A stretch of 64,000 nt of DNA. Origin: the human T2T-CHM13v2.0 reference genome, Homo sapiens. The stretch is from assembly GCF_009914755.1 (NCBI RefSeq), contig NC_060927.1; one strand, given 5' to 3'. This document shows positions 1 through 12,660 of the stretch, piece by piece (the stretch's first letter is position 1; each line of letters starts with the position of its first letter). The notes below the pieces were generated by a model. That model worked only from the letters and a program-made list of their open reading frames with translations. It searched no databases and was not told where the DNA came from. The translations under genes and the position numbers were made by a program.

Positions 1-44
1 TTTGATTTTCTCTCCTCTGACCCCTCCTTTAGAAATTTTTTACT

Positions 45-258
45 CTTTGTTATGGAAATTTCCAAACTAAAAATAGTAGTATGGTGAACTACCATGTACA
101 CATCACCTAGCTTCCATAATTATCAACATAAATAAGGCCGGTCTGTTTCATCTAAACTTTCTACCTCACCCCACTTTCTTTCGGCACCTCGAAAAGAGTA
201 AGTTAGGATAAATCTCAAACATCATATGCTTTCATTCATAAACTTAAGAGATAAGGGC
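45..258 (-). mobile_element. Old L1 3' end fragment (L1MC4/5-like)
   Basis: Resembles the antisense L1MC 3'UTR (ttatggaaatttccaaac...catgtacacatcacctagcttc...aatctcaaacatcatat); highly diverged. Confidence 0.5.
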
Positions 259-343
259 TTCCCTTCTCCCTCCCTTCCTTCCTTTTTTCCTTCCTCTCTC
301 TCTCTCTTTTTCTTTTCCTTCTTCTTTTTTTTTTTTTTTTTTT
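259..343. repeat. CT-rich low-complexity tract ending in poly-T (Alu tail)
   Basis: Directly visible pyrimidine tract. Confidence 0.85.
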
Positions 344-739
344 GCTCCGTTGCCTAGATTGGAGTTCAACGGTGTGATCTTTGCTCACTACAACCTCTAC
401 CTCTTGTGCTCAAGCAATCCTCCCACCCCAGCCTCTCTAGTAGCTGGGTTTACAGGCACATGCCACCACCGGCCACATTTTTGTTTTTGTAGAGAGGAGG
501 GTTTTGCCATGTTGCCATGTTGCTGGTCTCGAACTCCTGGGATCCTCAGCCTCCTGAGTAGGTAGGATTACAGGAACCTGAGGAAGCTGCCACTATGCCC
601 AGCTAATTTTTGTAGTTTTAGTAGAGACGGGGCTTCACCATGTTGGCAAGGCTGCTCTCGAACTCCTGACCTCAAGCAATCCACCTGACTTGGCCTTCCC
701 AATTGTTGAGACTACAGGCATGAGCGACCCTGCCCGGCC
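326..739 (-). mobile_element. Compound Alu (AluJ-like fragment fused to a second Alu fragment)
   Basis: Poly-T, right arm, linker and partial left arm to ~541; then right-arm sequence restarts, followed by a second linker and a complete left arm ending GGCC at 739. Confidence 0.9.
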
Positions 740-749
740 ACAAAAAAAT

Positions 750-1825
750 TTTTAAGACATCATGTTTCGGAAATTTTATGTTCGCAGAAAACTTGAGAGG
801 AAGGCATAGAGATATCCCATATGCCTGTGCCCCCACACATGCACAGCCTCCCCCACTATCAATATTTTAGTTAGAATGGCGTATTCGTGACAACTGTATC
901 AGCGTCTCATTATCACCCAAAGGGCATAATTGACATCAGGATTCACTCTTGATTTTGTATGTTCTAAGGGTTTGTACAAACTTATAATATCATGTATCCA
1001 ACATTATAGTATCTGTCATACAACAGTATTTCCACTGCCCTAGAAACCCTCTATGTTCTTGCCTATTCATTTCCCTTTCCTTTTAACCCCTGGCTACTAC
1101 TCATCTTTTTACAGACTTCATTATTTTGCCTTTTTCAGAGCATCATATAGTTGGAATCACACACTATGTAGCCTTTTCAGATTGGCTTCCTTCACTTAAT
1201 ATGCATTTACATTTCCTCCATGTATTTTCATAGCTCATTTCTTTTTAACGCCATCTAATTCATGAATAATACCCCACTTTCTTGATATACTACAGTTTAT
1301 TCATTCACCTACTGAAGGATATCTTGGTTGCCTCCAATTTTTGGCAATTATGAATAAAGCTGCTAGAAACACGTATGTTCAGTTTTTTGTGTAGTTGTGT
1401 TCTCATTTCTTTTGGATAAATAGTATGATTGTTGGATTGTACGGTAAGAGCATGTTTAATTTGGTAAGAAACCACCAAACTGTCTTCCCAAGTGGCTGTA
1501 CCATTTTTGCGTTCCCACCGGCAATGAATGAGTTCTTTGTGCTCCATTTCTTCACCAGCATTTGGTGATGCCAGTGTTACGCATTTTCATCATTCTAGTG
1601 ATGTATAGTAGTATATCTTTGTTGTTTTAATTTGCATTTCCCTGATGACATATGATGTGGAGCATCTCTTCATGTGCTTATTGGCCATGTGTGTCTCTTC
1701 TTTGGTGAGGTGTCTATTAAGGTTTTTGGCTTATTTTTTAAATCAGGGTTTTTTATTATTGAGTTTTTAGAAATTTTTTTGTATATTTTGTGTAAGTATT
1801 TTTCCAGACATGTCTTTTTGCAATC
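750..1825 (-). mobile_element. L1MC1-like 3' portion (3'UTR and ORF2 C-terminus)
   Basis: cccccacacatgcacagcctcccccactatcaa 3'UTR motif; minus-strand ORF 1305-1547 reads like decayed L1 ORF2 C-terminus. Confidence 0.8.
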
Positions 1826-2029
1826 ATCATTACCTTTGATAGTACAGAACACTGTGTGGAAAATTCGAGATGTTTATGAGTAGGGAGAAATTCAAATTTG
1901 GCTTCTGAAAGTGAGAAATTTTACCTTAACATTTATTTAGCTTATACTTTACTTTTAATATTTGGCCAGATTAATATATTATAAATGTATGCCTAAATGG
2001 TAGTTTTTTCAATAAGTATAGACTAAAAA

Positions 2030-2146
2030 TTCTAAGTGATAAGAAAGCATTTTATAATGGTTTGATATTCATTTCTTATTTTTCTACTGGTACAAAAGAA
2101 ATGGTGCATCTGCAACTAATGGTATCTTGAAGTTGATGAAATATAC
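2030..2146. mobile_element. Possible TcMar-Tc2 (Kanga/MER104-like) terminal fragment
   Basis: ggtgcatctgcaactaatggtatcttgaagttgatgaaata resembles the Tc2-family terminus. Confidence 0.35.
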
Positions 2147-2749
2147 TGTTAAGAATAACAAATATGTATAATGCAGTCTTAGCGTCGACATCATTCTAAG
2201 ACTCCACTATTATCTCTCATTACACTATATTTCAATTTTTTGCCTTCCTCTTGTATTGATCTTGAAATAATTGATGGTCTCCTTTTTCTGTTTCTAACTT
2301 TAGTGTATACAGTTATTTGTGTAGCTTTCTCCAAAATTAGAGTTAAGGGTAGTGATTAATACTAATGTTTATATCCTTACTTGGTCTGTGTTTGGTGTAT
2401 TATCTGAATAGTTATGATGTGGAAATTATAAGGACAATTCCTTCATGCAAATATATGACACTTTATTGGTGCCTAATTAAATTTTTCTTGGAACTAGTGT
2501 CATTAAAACTTGAAATCAAAACTATGTTCCCTCGTTTATTTGTATTACTATTGTTTATATGACGTTTATTAATATAACTTAGAAGCAAAGAGAAAAATAA
2601 CTTGTTTTCTGAATTTTTCTGTATGAATATATTAGAAATGTCTCAATGTTATTTTCAATTTGAGAACTAGTTCATATTCTTTGCTACGTGTATTTGAAAG
2701 ATAGATAGCTAAAGAACTTACAAGACTGAACCCTTAAAGGTTAGGGGCA

Positions 2750-3247
2750 ATAGCAGACTCATTTTTATCTTCCCAGATCCACCTAAATGGTTATCACAGA
2801 TAACTGTGCTGATTCTTTCCTTTTTTCCTCTTTAGATTCATTCTCCTTCTCTCTGCCCTGCTGTAATCCCTGTAAGGTCAATCTTAATGAACTGCATCTT
2901 CTGAACTCACTGGTCTTCTAATCTCTCCTGGATTCAGCCAGTGGGAGGCATAAGCCAGTGTGGAGAGTGAAAGGGAAGATAAGTCAGGTTATTTATCCCT
3001 ACTTCCCTGGGGCTATGTCTGATAAATGGCAACAAACCCATCTACCCATGGTCACGTCTCCTGTCATGTGGTCGTTTTTTAATAGCTCCTGCTCTTACAG
3101 TAATCCTGCCCTGTCCTCCCACCCTCTAAGACCCAGAAGCTTCCCACTGCAGTTAGACCCCGGTGCATCATCATCAGTTCCCTTAGTCCTGCCCTCACCT
3201 CTCTTCGAGTGTGTCCTTTGTTTCCTTTTGGGACCCCGCTTGAAACA
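2750..3247 (+). mobile_element. LTR33-like ERVL solo LTR
   Basis: gattcattctccttctctctgccctgct...gccagtgggaggca...gagtgtgtcctttgtttcc...gggacc...aca follows the LTR33 layout. Confidence 0.65.
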
Positions 3248-4860
3248 GTTCATATTCAGTTTTTCTTGAGGCAAAATTTTGAAATGAATGTAAGAATCTG
3301 AATATACAGAATATAATAAACACTTTTATTTTTAAAAAGACAATAGAAGAATGTGTGCTGTACATTATAAGCCACGACAAATTTAATATGTAGCTACTGT
3401 TCTGGAATATTTTCCAATTTTATATTCATAAATATATGTTTATAGTAGGAAATATGTGTTTATTCAAAAATATTAATAGAAGAAAGATTTATTATAATGA
3501 TTACACTTGCAAATTTAGTTAAGCTAGTCAGATGCCTCAACTTTGCCAATGATTTTTGCTATCCTTTTCGACTGACAAAATGCAATTTTCACTGAATTAG
3601 ATTAACTTATTCAGTGTTAAAATATTCATTAAGTTTTTTCATGACAGAATTTTCAGATACCGTATGATTGGTTATCTTTACATTGGAAAGTTATTATTTG
3701 CACAGGTTATTCATTAGATACAGAGAGTTAAATCACCAAGCTATAAAGTGATTTGTTCACAATGACAATATTTCTTAAAAATTTGTAGGTTGATTTTGAA
3801 CCTCACTTTTGAAAGATCTCGCGTCCCGTTTTCATATAATAACAATATGCTGCATCTCTGAGGATACGAAAGGATGATTTATCAAAAATGTTGTGTACAA
3901 TTTTGAAAGTTAGTTATTGGACTTATTCTTTATGCCTTATCATGATAAATTTATCTTAAATGAATAGTAATTTTCTTCTGGGAAGTTCTTTTTGAAAAGG
4001 AATACATTGTACTTTTTTAATAAACAAAAAGAACATAATTTTTGCCTTATTATTAAAGCTGTGAAAGTACCTTCATTTTTGGAGGAAGGGCAATAATATT
4101 TTGTGTTAAATAAAAGCCACGGACCCAGAGTACCTTTTATAAATATAATTAGTTTGTCCTAAAAGATGCATTATGTTTGAGTCTGTTATTTCTTTCAGGG
4201 TTATTAATAGGAAAGCATTATTGAGAACTGCCAAGAAAATCCATAGTGAAACACTTATGTACAAGGTAAAAAATGGTACATCATTATTGATGGTTATTTA
4301 ATAGGGAAAAGTGTAGCCACTAGGTATGTAGAGGCCTTACTCTTGATTAAAATGCTTAAATTAAAAGATTCAGCTTCATTAAGGTCTTTGGCAACTAAAT
4401 TGTTCATTTGTTTGTGATTGGAATACGCCTGTAATATTTCTGAGGAAATCTTGGCCAGATGGGTTTTGACTGAAAGTCTTTAATGTCAACCCCAGAGTCT
4501 ATCCACTTGATGTTACTTTTCATCAATAACGTAGAATATTGGCTTCCATTCTTAGAAAATATTATTACTGAACTCATAACTGCTCAGTATTTTGAATAGT
4601 TTTTATAATGAATATTAAAGAAGAACTGTTTGAAGAATATGCAATTTATTAATTATTCCAGGCTCTTAGTTCTGATTCAATCATTTTTCTTACCTGATAC
4701 ACCCAAGGGATAAAACATTCTTTAATAACTTTTTACTATAGTTACTTAGAAGGAGGAACACTACCTAAAAAGGACATATGTAAATATTGGGTGCATGTAT
4801 AGTTCCTGCAAATGACACTGATGCTTCTTCTTCTTCTTTCTTCTTTCTTCGTCTGTCTTC

Positions 4861-5234
4861 CTTTTTTAATGTAATTTGTATAAATTTAAGTGTAGTTTTG
4901 TTACCTGGGTATGTTGTGTAGTGGTGAAGTCTGGGCTTTTAGTGTAACCATCACCCAAATATTGAACATTGTATCCATTAAGTAATTTCTTTACCCTCAC
5001 TCCCTTCCCATCCTTCCAGCCTTAGAACTGTGTGACTACTATTCCACACTCTGTGTCCATGGATAAAGAAATATCCAATAAAGAAAATGTGGTATACACA
5101 TGCGTGCACGCACACACACACACACACGAGCTGTAAAAGTGAAATCATATCTTTTGCAGAAACACAGATGGAACTAGAGGCCATGATCTTAAGTGAAACA
5201 TCTTGGAAATAGAAAGCAAAATACTGCATGTTCT
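4861..5234 (-). mobile_element. L1MA (L1MA2/3-like) 3' end with 5' inversion
   Basis: Antisense 3'UTR at 4861-5080, then sense-strand ORF2-end sequence (gataaagaaa...aaatactgcatgttct) at 5081-5234. Confidence 0.8.
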
Positions 5235-5329
5235 GATTTTTCATGATGGTATTTGCACTTCTTCCAAAGTTGAGAAGTAATGAAGACATAGTGATTAGGA
5301 TGACATAAGCTATATAGCTCATCCTCAGA

Positions 5330-5472
5330 GATAGCCTCAGTTTCAGCTTCCTCATCTCTACTGTGGGATAAAAATAAAATAACATTACAAAGTTATTTTG
5401 AAAATTTAAAAAAAATTATCTAAATCTCCTAGCACAGGCCCTTGTAAAATATATGCTATCAATTCTTATTAT
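5330..5472 (+). mobile_element. MIR fragment
   Basis: cctcagttt..cctcatct core, cctagcacagg, and a tattatt tail. Confidence 0.55.
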
Positions 5473-6611
5473 TTTATAGCTAACATTGTTATAAACTTTA
5501 GCTCAGATAAAGCTGTTTTCGTTTAGAAGTACTTTTACTGAACTCTTTGATCTTATTACAACTTGAAGTGGAGAGTATAAGCAGTATGAAATTTGCTTCT
5601 ATATTCATTACATAAAATTTATTAAGGATATTAAAATTAGAGTTTCTCCTGTATGAGAACTCATAGGGGAAACTTTTGAACAACTTAATCAAAAACTGCT
5701 TTCCTATTTATTCAGAAAACTAAAAACATAATTTAAGCTTTCATAGCTGACTCATGGTTATTAACAGCATCAACTATTTTTTGTTTGTGTTCTGAAGTCG
5801 TTGAGATGCAAAGGAAAATTTGCCCCAACAGGAAATAAGCAAGGCAAGATAACTTGATCAGAGTTAATAAAAGCATCCTTGTTGAAAGAAAAGTTAGGAA
5901 TAGAGAAATAAAAACTTTGACGTGATGAGATGGTCTGCAAGAAAACAAACAATCCTAATTTTATCATGTGCGCAGAAGTTCCTTTCATAGAAAATGTAGC
6001 TTGGCTATGATATTCTTGTTATACTTGAATTACTTGCTGTGGTGCTTATTTACGGCCAATGCATATGGCTATGTTGGGTATGCTCTGTGCTACTATAACT
6101 GGGCTATTCATAAAAGCCAGGAAGTCAGTGGCACCTCCTGAAATTGTGCAGAGCACAGTCTTCATGATGTTATCAGTGGGTCTGTATTTATTATGTATTG
6201 AAATCTTACGTATTTTACATAGATGACACTCATCTATCAAACAAAGCAGGGAGGTTTTTAGTGTAAAGCCATGTAGGTATTATTTATCTATTTTTTGTAG
6301 GATATTTTAGTATTAGATAATAATGTAACAATTGTTTACAAAGCATTATATTCTATTTTAATGTAGATGAGTATTGTTTAAAAATATATTCCATTGGCAT
6401 TTAAAAACATAAATTTACTTGAAAAGGGGAAAATTAAATATTTATATAAATATACTAGTGAATAATTGGAGAAAACTATGTTTTGTCCATTGATATTATC
6501 TCAGTTTCTTTTGAAAAGTGGATGACAAAAATAACATAAAATGAGCTTAAAATATTTGTAGATATGAGTGTTTAAAGATAATATGTACCCAGCTATGAAA
6601 ATAATAATAAT

Positions 6612-7447
<836 letters not shown>

Positions 7448-8574
7448 TGAGAAAATATCAAAATCAAAAATAGTAGTTGTAATTAAATGAAAATACCTGT
7501 ACAATTTAAGTTTGAAACAATTGGTAAATGATATTGCTTCTTCATAATTCTAAAGCATTTTAATACCGAACAATTAATGGCCTTCTATTACATATTCTTT
7601 TAGCGATCGGACATATTGCATGAAGGATAGACAGATTGGGGCTAAACAAATAGTCTCACATTGACTGTAATACTTTACTAATGCATAAATCATGAACTAT
7701 GAGAATCTTTTTATGGGGTTTTTAGAAGCACTGGGTCTCATACCAATAAGCAATTAATGACTTTTTAATGACTGATTTCACTACTAGCATCAATGGATGT
7801 TGTCATAAATATTTCATTCTTTGACATTGTATTAAAAATAGAGTGCTTTCTTGCTGGCATCAGTTAAATACATTATGTGTTTTTAAATGTATACATACCT
7901 ACATATGTTGTAGTGGTTATCCAGTCAGAGTGTTGTGATGGGCAATTTAATGGTCTGAACATTTAGTTTCTGGTATTTTGTGCAAATGATAATTCTGGTG
8001 GGTGCTCTTATTCTGGAAGTGCTGTGCTCCTGTGCTTGCTACTTTGTCTCATAATTTAAAGGGAATATTGATTTACTATCTCACTGGTTTGAATGTGTCT
8101 GGCATTATACATGCCAAATGATCCAAATTTTTCAGGCTTCCTGAAGTTGCTTGATAGATCACTGGAACCAACAAAGTCCCCTAGGTCTTCATTCTGTCTT
8201 TCAAATCTTAAGATGGAAGAATTTTCAGCATACCAAGCAACTTGTGCCAGAGTGGAACTTTCAGTTGCTTAGCCACAGGCTAGCTTGCTGTTTTTCATTT
8301 TCTAAATATCAGATCCATTTTTCATTTCAAGGTAGACTCTAAACTCAGTCTTGTGGAAATTGTGTCCATGTCCTGACCATTGATGCAGTACTTCTCAGCA
8401 GACTTGAGAAAGAAGAAATTATACCGGTTTGAGCCACAAATTAAGAGAAGAACATTTCCTTGGAATTATTATGAGCATTACATAGAGATTTTCTGCTAAC
8501 AATAGGGGGAAGAAACCAAACAGCCCTAAGAAAAATAGGAAATAAATTAGAGAAATCCTAGATTTCTAACGTAG

Positions 8575-8900
8575 AGGTAACACATTGTACATGGAATCAG
8601 GTACTTGGGTTCTGGGCCTGGCTCTGTGTCAAGCTGTTGATTTACTTTAGGAAAGACTGTTTGGTGCTATCGAGTGTGCTGCATGCAACCTCAGCTCTAA
8701 TGTTAAGTGTTACTACCTTTATTATTTGTAGTGCTGTTATCATGTGGCAGGTTCTGGTCATTACATGTTATTGTATTTATTCTTCATAATGCAATTACTG
8801 AAGTTTCACAGGAGAAAATGGATGTCAGAGAGAATAAGTGTTCAGAATATCACTGCAAGTAATCATGGGGGCAATATTTGAGTCCAGGTTTGCACTGCAA
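8575..8900. mobile_element. MIR fragments
   Basis: ggaatcaggtacttgggttctgggcctggctctg (sense) and ggagaaaatggatgtcagagag...atttgagtccagg (antisense). Confidence 0.45.
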
Positions 8901-8961
8901 AACTGCAATCTGATGTTCCTTCATGAAAATCTGGCTTCCTCATATATGCACACGTGTGTTT

Positions 8962-9398
8962 TGTATTAGTTTCCTGTGGATGCTATAACAAATATCACAA
9001 ATTGGCTAAAACAGAAATTTATTCTCTCCCAGTCTGGAGGCTACATATCTAAAAGTTGTTGGCAGGGTTGGTTCCTTCTGGAGGCTCTGAAAAATAATCT
9101 GTTTCATGCCTCTCTCGTAGTTTCTTGTACTTACCAGCAATCCTTGGTGTTGCTGACTTGTATATGCATTATCCTATTCTCTTATTCAGTTTTCACATAG
9201 CATTCTCCTTTCTGTGTCTGAATTTTATTTTCTTATAAGGACAACAGTCATTGGATTTAGGGTCCACCCTAATCCAGTATGACCTTGTCTTAACTTGATT
9301 ACACCTACAAAGACTCTATTTCCAAATAAGGTCACATTCATAGGTACCTAGGGTTAGGATGTCAACATATCATTTTTTGGGGTATAGTTTATTCCATG
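8962..9398 (-). mobile_element. MLT1B/C MaLR solo LTR
   Basis: tgtattagtttcct...aaacagaaatttattctctc...cattggatttagggtccaccctaatccagtatgacc. Confidence 0.85.
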
Positions 9399-10502
9399 TC
9401 TATAAACTAGAAAAACATAATACACACTTACTTGTATCTGGATATACTTACCATAGAAGCATAAAATAGCATGTAAGTATCAGATATTTCTATTAAGTCA
9501 AAAATAGATTTTGATAATTAATATTCTCATTGAGCTAGGCCTGTGCAGTAATCATAAATGTACTACAGGTGCCATAGATGACAGCACAAACCAAAATTAT
9601 TTCTTCAGCTATTGCAAACACCAAGCACGAATAGTATGAATTACTTAACATTTGTTGAATTGTTATTTCTAAAACTACATTGTCTTCTCTAATTTAAAAA
9701 TAGCTATATCGTAGCATAAAATTTATTATAATTTTTAAGAAGTCAATTTTTATATAGATGACTTTCCTTGAAGTGTGGTTTAAAACTTATGGCTTCGATT
9801 ATCACTACATAATTTTATTTGGGCATCGTTTCTGTTTTATTTAAATATACCAACATGAGAACAGTGCATGCAACCAGCCATTGAAAGAACAAGTATTCAT
9901 TTGTGGATACAAATTTGATTTATGTGTCACTGCATAGCTACAGCCATCCATTTTTAAATACTTTTTTAGTGGTGGTAAAATATACATAACATAAAATTTA
10001 CCATCTTTAAGTCTACATTTCAGTAGTGTTAAGTATATTCACATTGTTGTTCAACAAAACTCTAGAATTTTTTATATTTCAAAACTGAAACTCTGGGCCC
10101 ATTGAACAACAACTTTCATTTTCTACAACCTCCAGCCCCTGCAAACCACCATTCTCCTTTTGTTTCTATGAGTTTGACTATATTGGGCAGTTTATGTAAG
10201 TGGAATCATACAGTATTTGTCTTTTTTTGACTGTTTTGTTTCATCTAACATAGTGTCCTCAAGGTTTATTTATGTTGTAGCATATGACAAGATGGCCTTC
10301 TTTCTTAAGGCTAAATAATGTTTCATTGAACGTATTTACCACATTTTCTTTATCCATTCATCCATTGATGGACATTTGAGTTGCTTCTACCTCTTGGCTA
10401 CTGTGAATAATGCTGCATTGAACAAGTATCTCTTCAAGATCCTACTTTCAGTTCTTTTGTATGCATACCCAGAAGTAAGATTGGTGGATCATTTGGTAAT
10501 TC

Positions 10503-11195
10503 TGTAAGCGAAATGCAGGTTTATTTGCTTGCTGCTTGAGGAGTCCAATTAACAAGAGCGAGGTCTGGTATAAAGAAAGGGACTTTTTATTCCAAAGCTA
10601 GCTGAGGGAAGAAGCAAGGGTTTCCTGCTTTAAGGGCACTGCTTTGATTCTGGAGCAGAAAGTGGGCACTTTTAAAGGGGTCTTATCATGAATATACACA
10701 GGGGAGGAAGTGAGCAGGTGGAAGGTCCACATTCTAGCTTTTTGCCTTATCTACCACGCAGTTGAGTTGGCATTTTCATGGGCAGAAATGAGGTAGAGGT
10801 GGCTGAAAACTCTCCAGATGGGAGAGAGTTTTTTTTTTTTTTTTTATAGCAAGACTTTGAGTTGTAATGTTGTCTCTCAAGGCAGTCTCCTGGTGAGTGA
10901 GAGTTTTATAGTGGGCATACTTTGGGTTGTAAATTGACTGTTATCTCTTGAGGCAATCTCCTGGTGGGTGAGAGTTCTGCTCTGGAGCTTCTAAGCTCAT
11001 AATTAGGTGAACTTGTCCTATAAGAAGTGTCTGGTGAAGGGGAGGTTAAAGGTTATAATTGTATTTCTAAAGGAATAAGTAGGAAGTGGAGAACAGGAGG
11101 AATTGGAAAAAAGAAGAGAAAATAACAATGTTTTCTTTTTTAAAAAATAGTAATTCATTTTACTTTTCTTAGAAAAATGGGGGTACTCAGTTACA
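10503..11195 (-). mobile_element. ERV1 solo LTR (MER66-like)
   Basis: TG...CA termini, 4-bp TSD ATTC (10499-10502 / 11196-11199), minus-strand AATAAA near 10585; minus-strand start TGTAACTGAGTACCCC. Confidence 0.8.
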
Positions 11196-11708
11196 ATTCT
11201 ACTTTTACTTTTTTGAGAAATCTTTATTTTTTTTATGATAGCAGCTGCACCATTTTATAATCCTGCCAGCAATGCACCAGGGTTTCATTCTCTCTACATC
11301 CTTGCAAAACTTGTTCTGTTCTTATTTTTGCAGTGGTTACTCTAGTAGGTGTGAGGTGATATCTTCTTATGGTTTTGATTTGCATTTCTGTAATGATTAG
11401 TAATGTTTGGCATCTTTTCATATTCTTGTTGGTTATTTGCATGTCTTCCTTTGTCTATTTAATTCCTTTGGGCATTTTTAAATTGGGCTACTTTTTGTAG
11501 TTGTTGAGTTATGGGAGTTCATTGTATATTCTGGATGTTAGCCTCTTATTATATATATATGATTTGCAGATACTTTCCCCTTTCCATACATTGCCTTTCA
11601 CTCCCTTGATTATGTCCTTCAATGCCCAGAAGTTTTAAGTTTGATGTAGTCTTATTTGTCTATTTTTGCTTTCTATGTTTTCCTCTGGGAGTCTTATAAT
11701 TTGAGGTC

Positions 11709-12660
11709 TTTTTTTTATTATACTTTAAGTTCTAGGGTACATGTGCACAACGTGCAGGTTAGTTACATATGTATACATGTGCCATGTTGGTGTGCTGCAC
11801 CCAGTAACTCGTCATTTAACATTAGGTATATCTCCAAATGCTATCCCTCCCCTCTCCCCCCACCCCGCAACGGGCCCCGGTGTGTGATGTTTCCCTTCCT
11901 GTGTCCATGTGTTCTCATTGTTCAATTCCCACCTATGAGTGAGAACATGCAGTGTTTGGTTTTCTGTCCCTGCAATAGTTTGCTGAGAATGATGGTTTCC
12001 AGCTTCATCCATGTCCCTACAAAGGACATGAACTCATCATTTTTTATGGCTGCATAATATTCCATGGTGTATATGTGCCACATTTTCTTAATCCAGTCTG
12101 TCATTGTTGGACATTTGGGTTGGTTCCAAGTCTTTGCTATTATGAATAGTGCCGCAATAAACATGTGTGCATGTGTCTTTATAGCAGCATGATTTATATT
12201 CCTTTGGGTATATACCCAGTAATGGGATGGCTGAGTCAAATGGTATTTCTAGTTCTAGATCCCTGAGGAATTGCCACACTGACTTCCACAATGGTTGAAC
12301 TAGTTTATAGTCCCACCAACAGTGTAAAAGTGTTCCAATTTCTCCACATCCTCTCCAGCACCTGTTGTTTCCTGACTTTGTAATGATTGCCATTCTAACT
12401 GATGTGAGATGGTATCTCACTGTGGTTTTGATTTTCATTTCTCTGATGGCCAGTGATGATGAGCATTTTTTCATGTGTCTTTTGGCTGCATAAATGTCTT
12501 CTTTTGAGAAGTGTCTGTTCATATCCTTCGCCTACTTTTTGATGGGGTTTTTTTTTCTTGTAAATTTGTTTGAGTTCATTGTAGATTCTGGATATTAGCC
12601 CTTTGTCAGATGAGTAGATTGCAAAAATTTTCTCCCATTCTGTAGGTTGCCTGTTCACTC
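11709..12660 (-). mobile_element. L1PA3/4, 5'-truncated (~950 bp)
   Basis: Primate L1 3'UTR and ORF2 C-terminus ([16 protein letters not shown]...MFSLIGGN); imperfect TSD tcttataatttgaggtctt / tcttatatttaggtctt. Confidence 0.95.
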
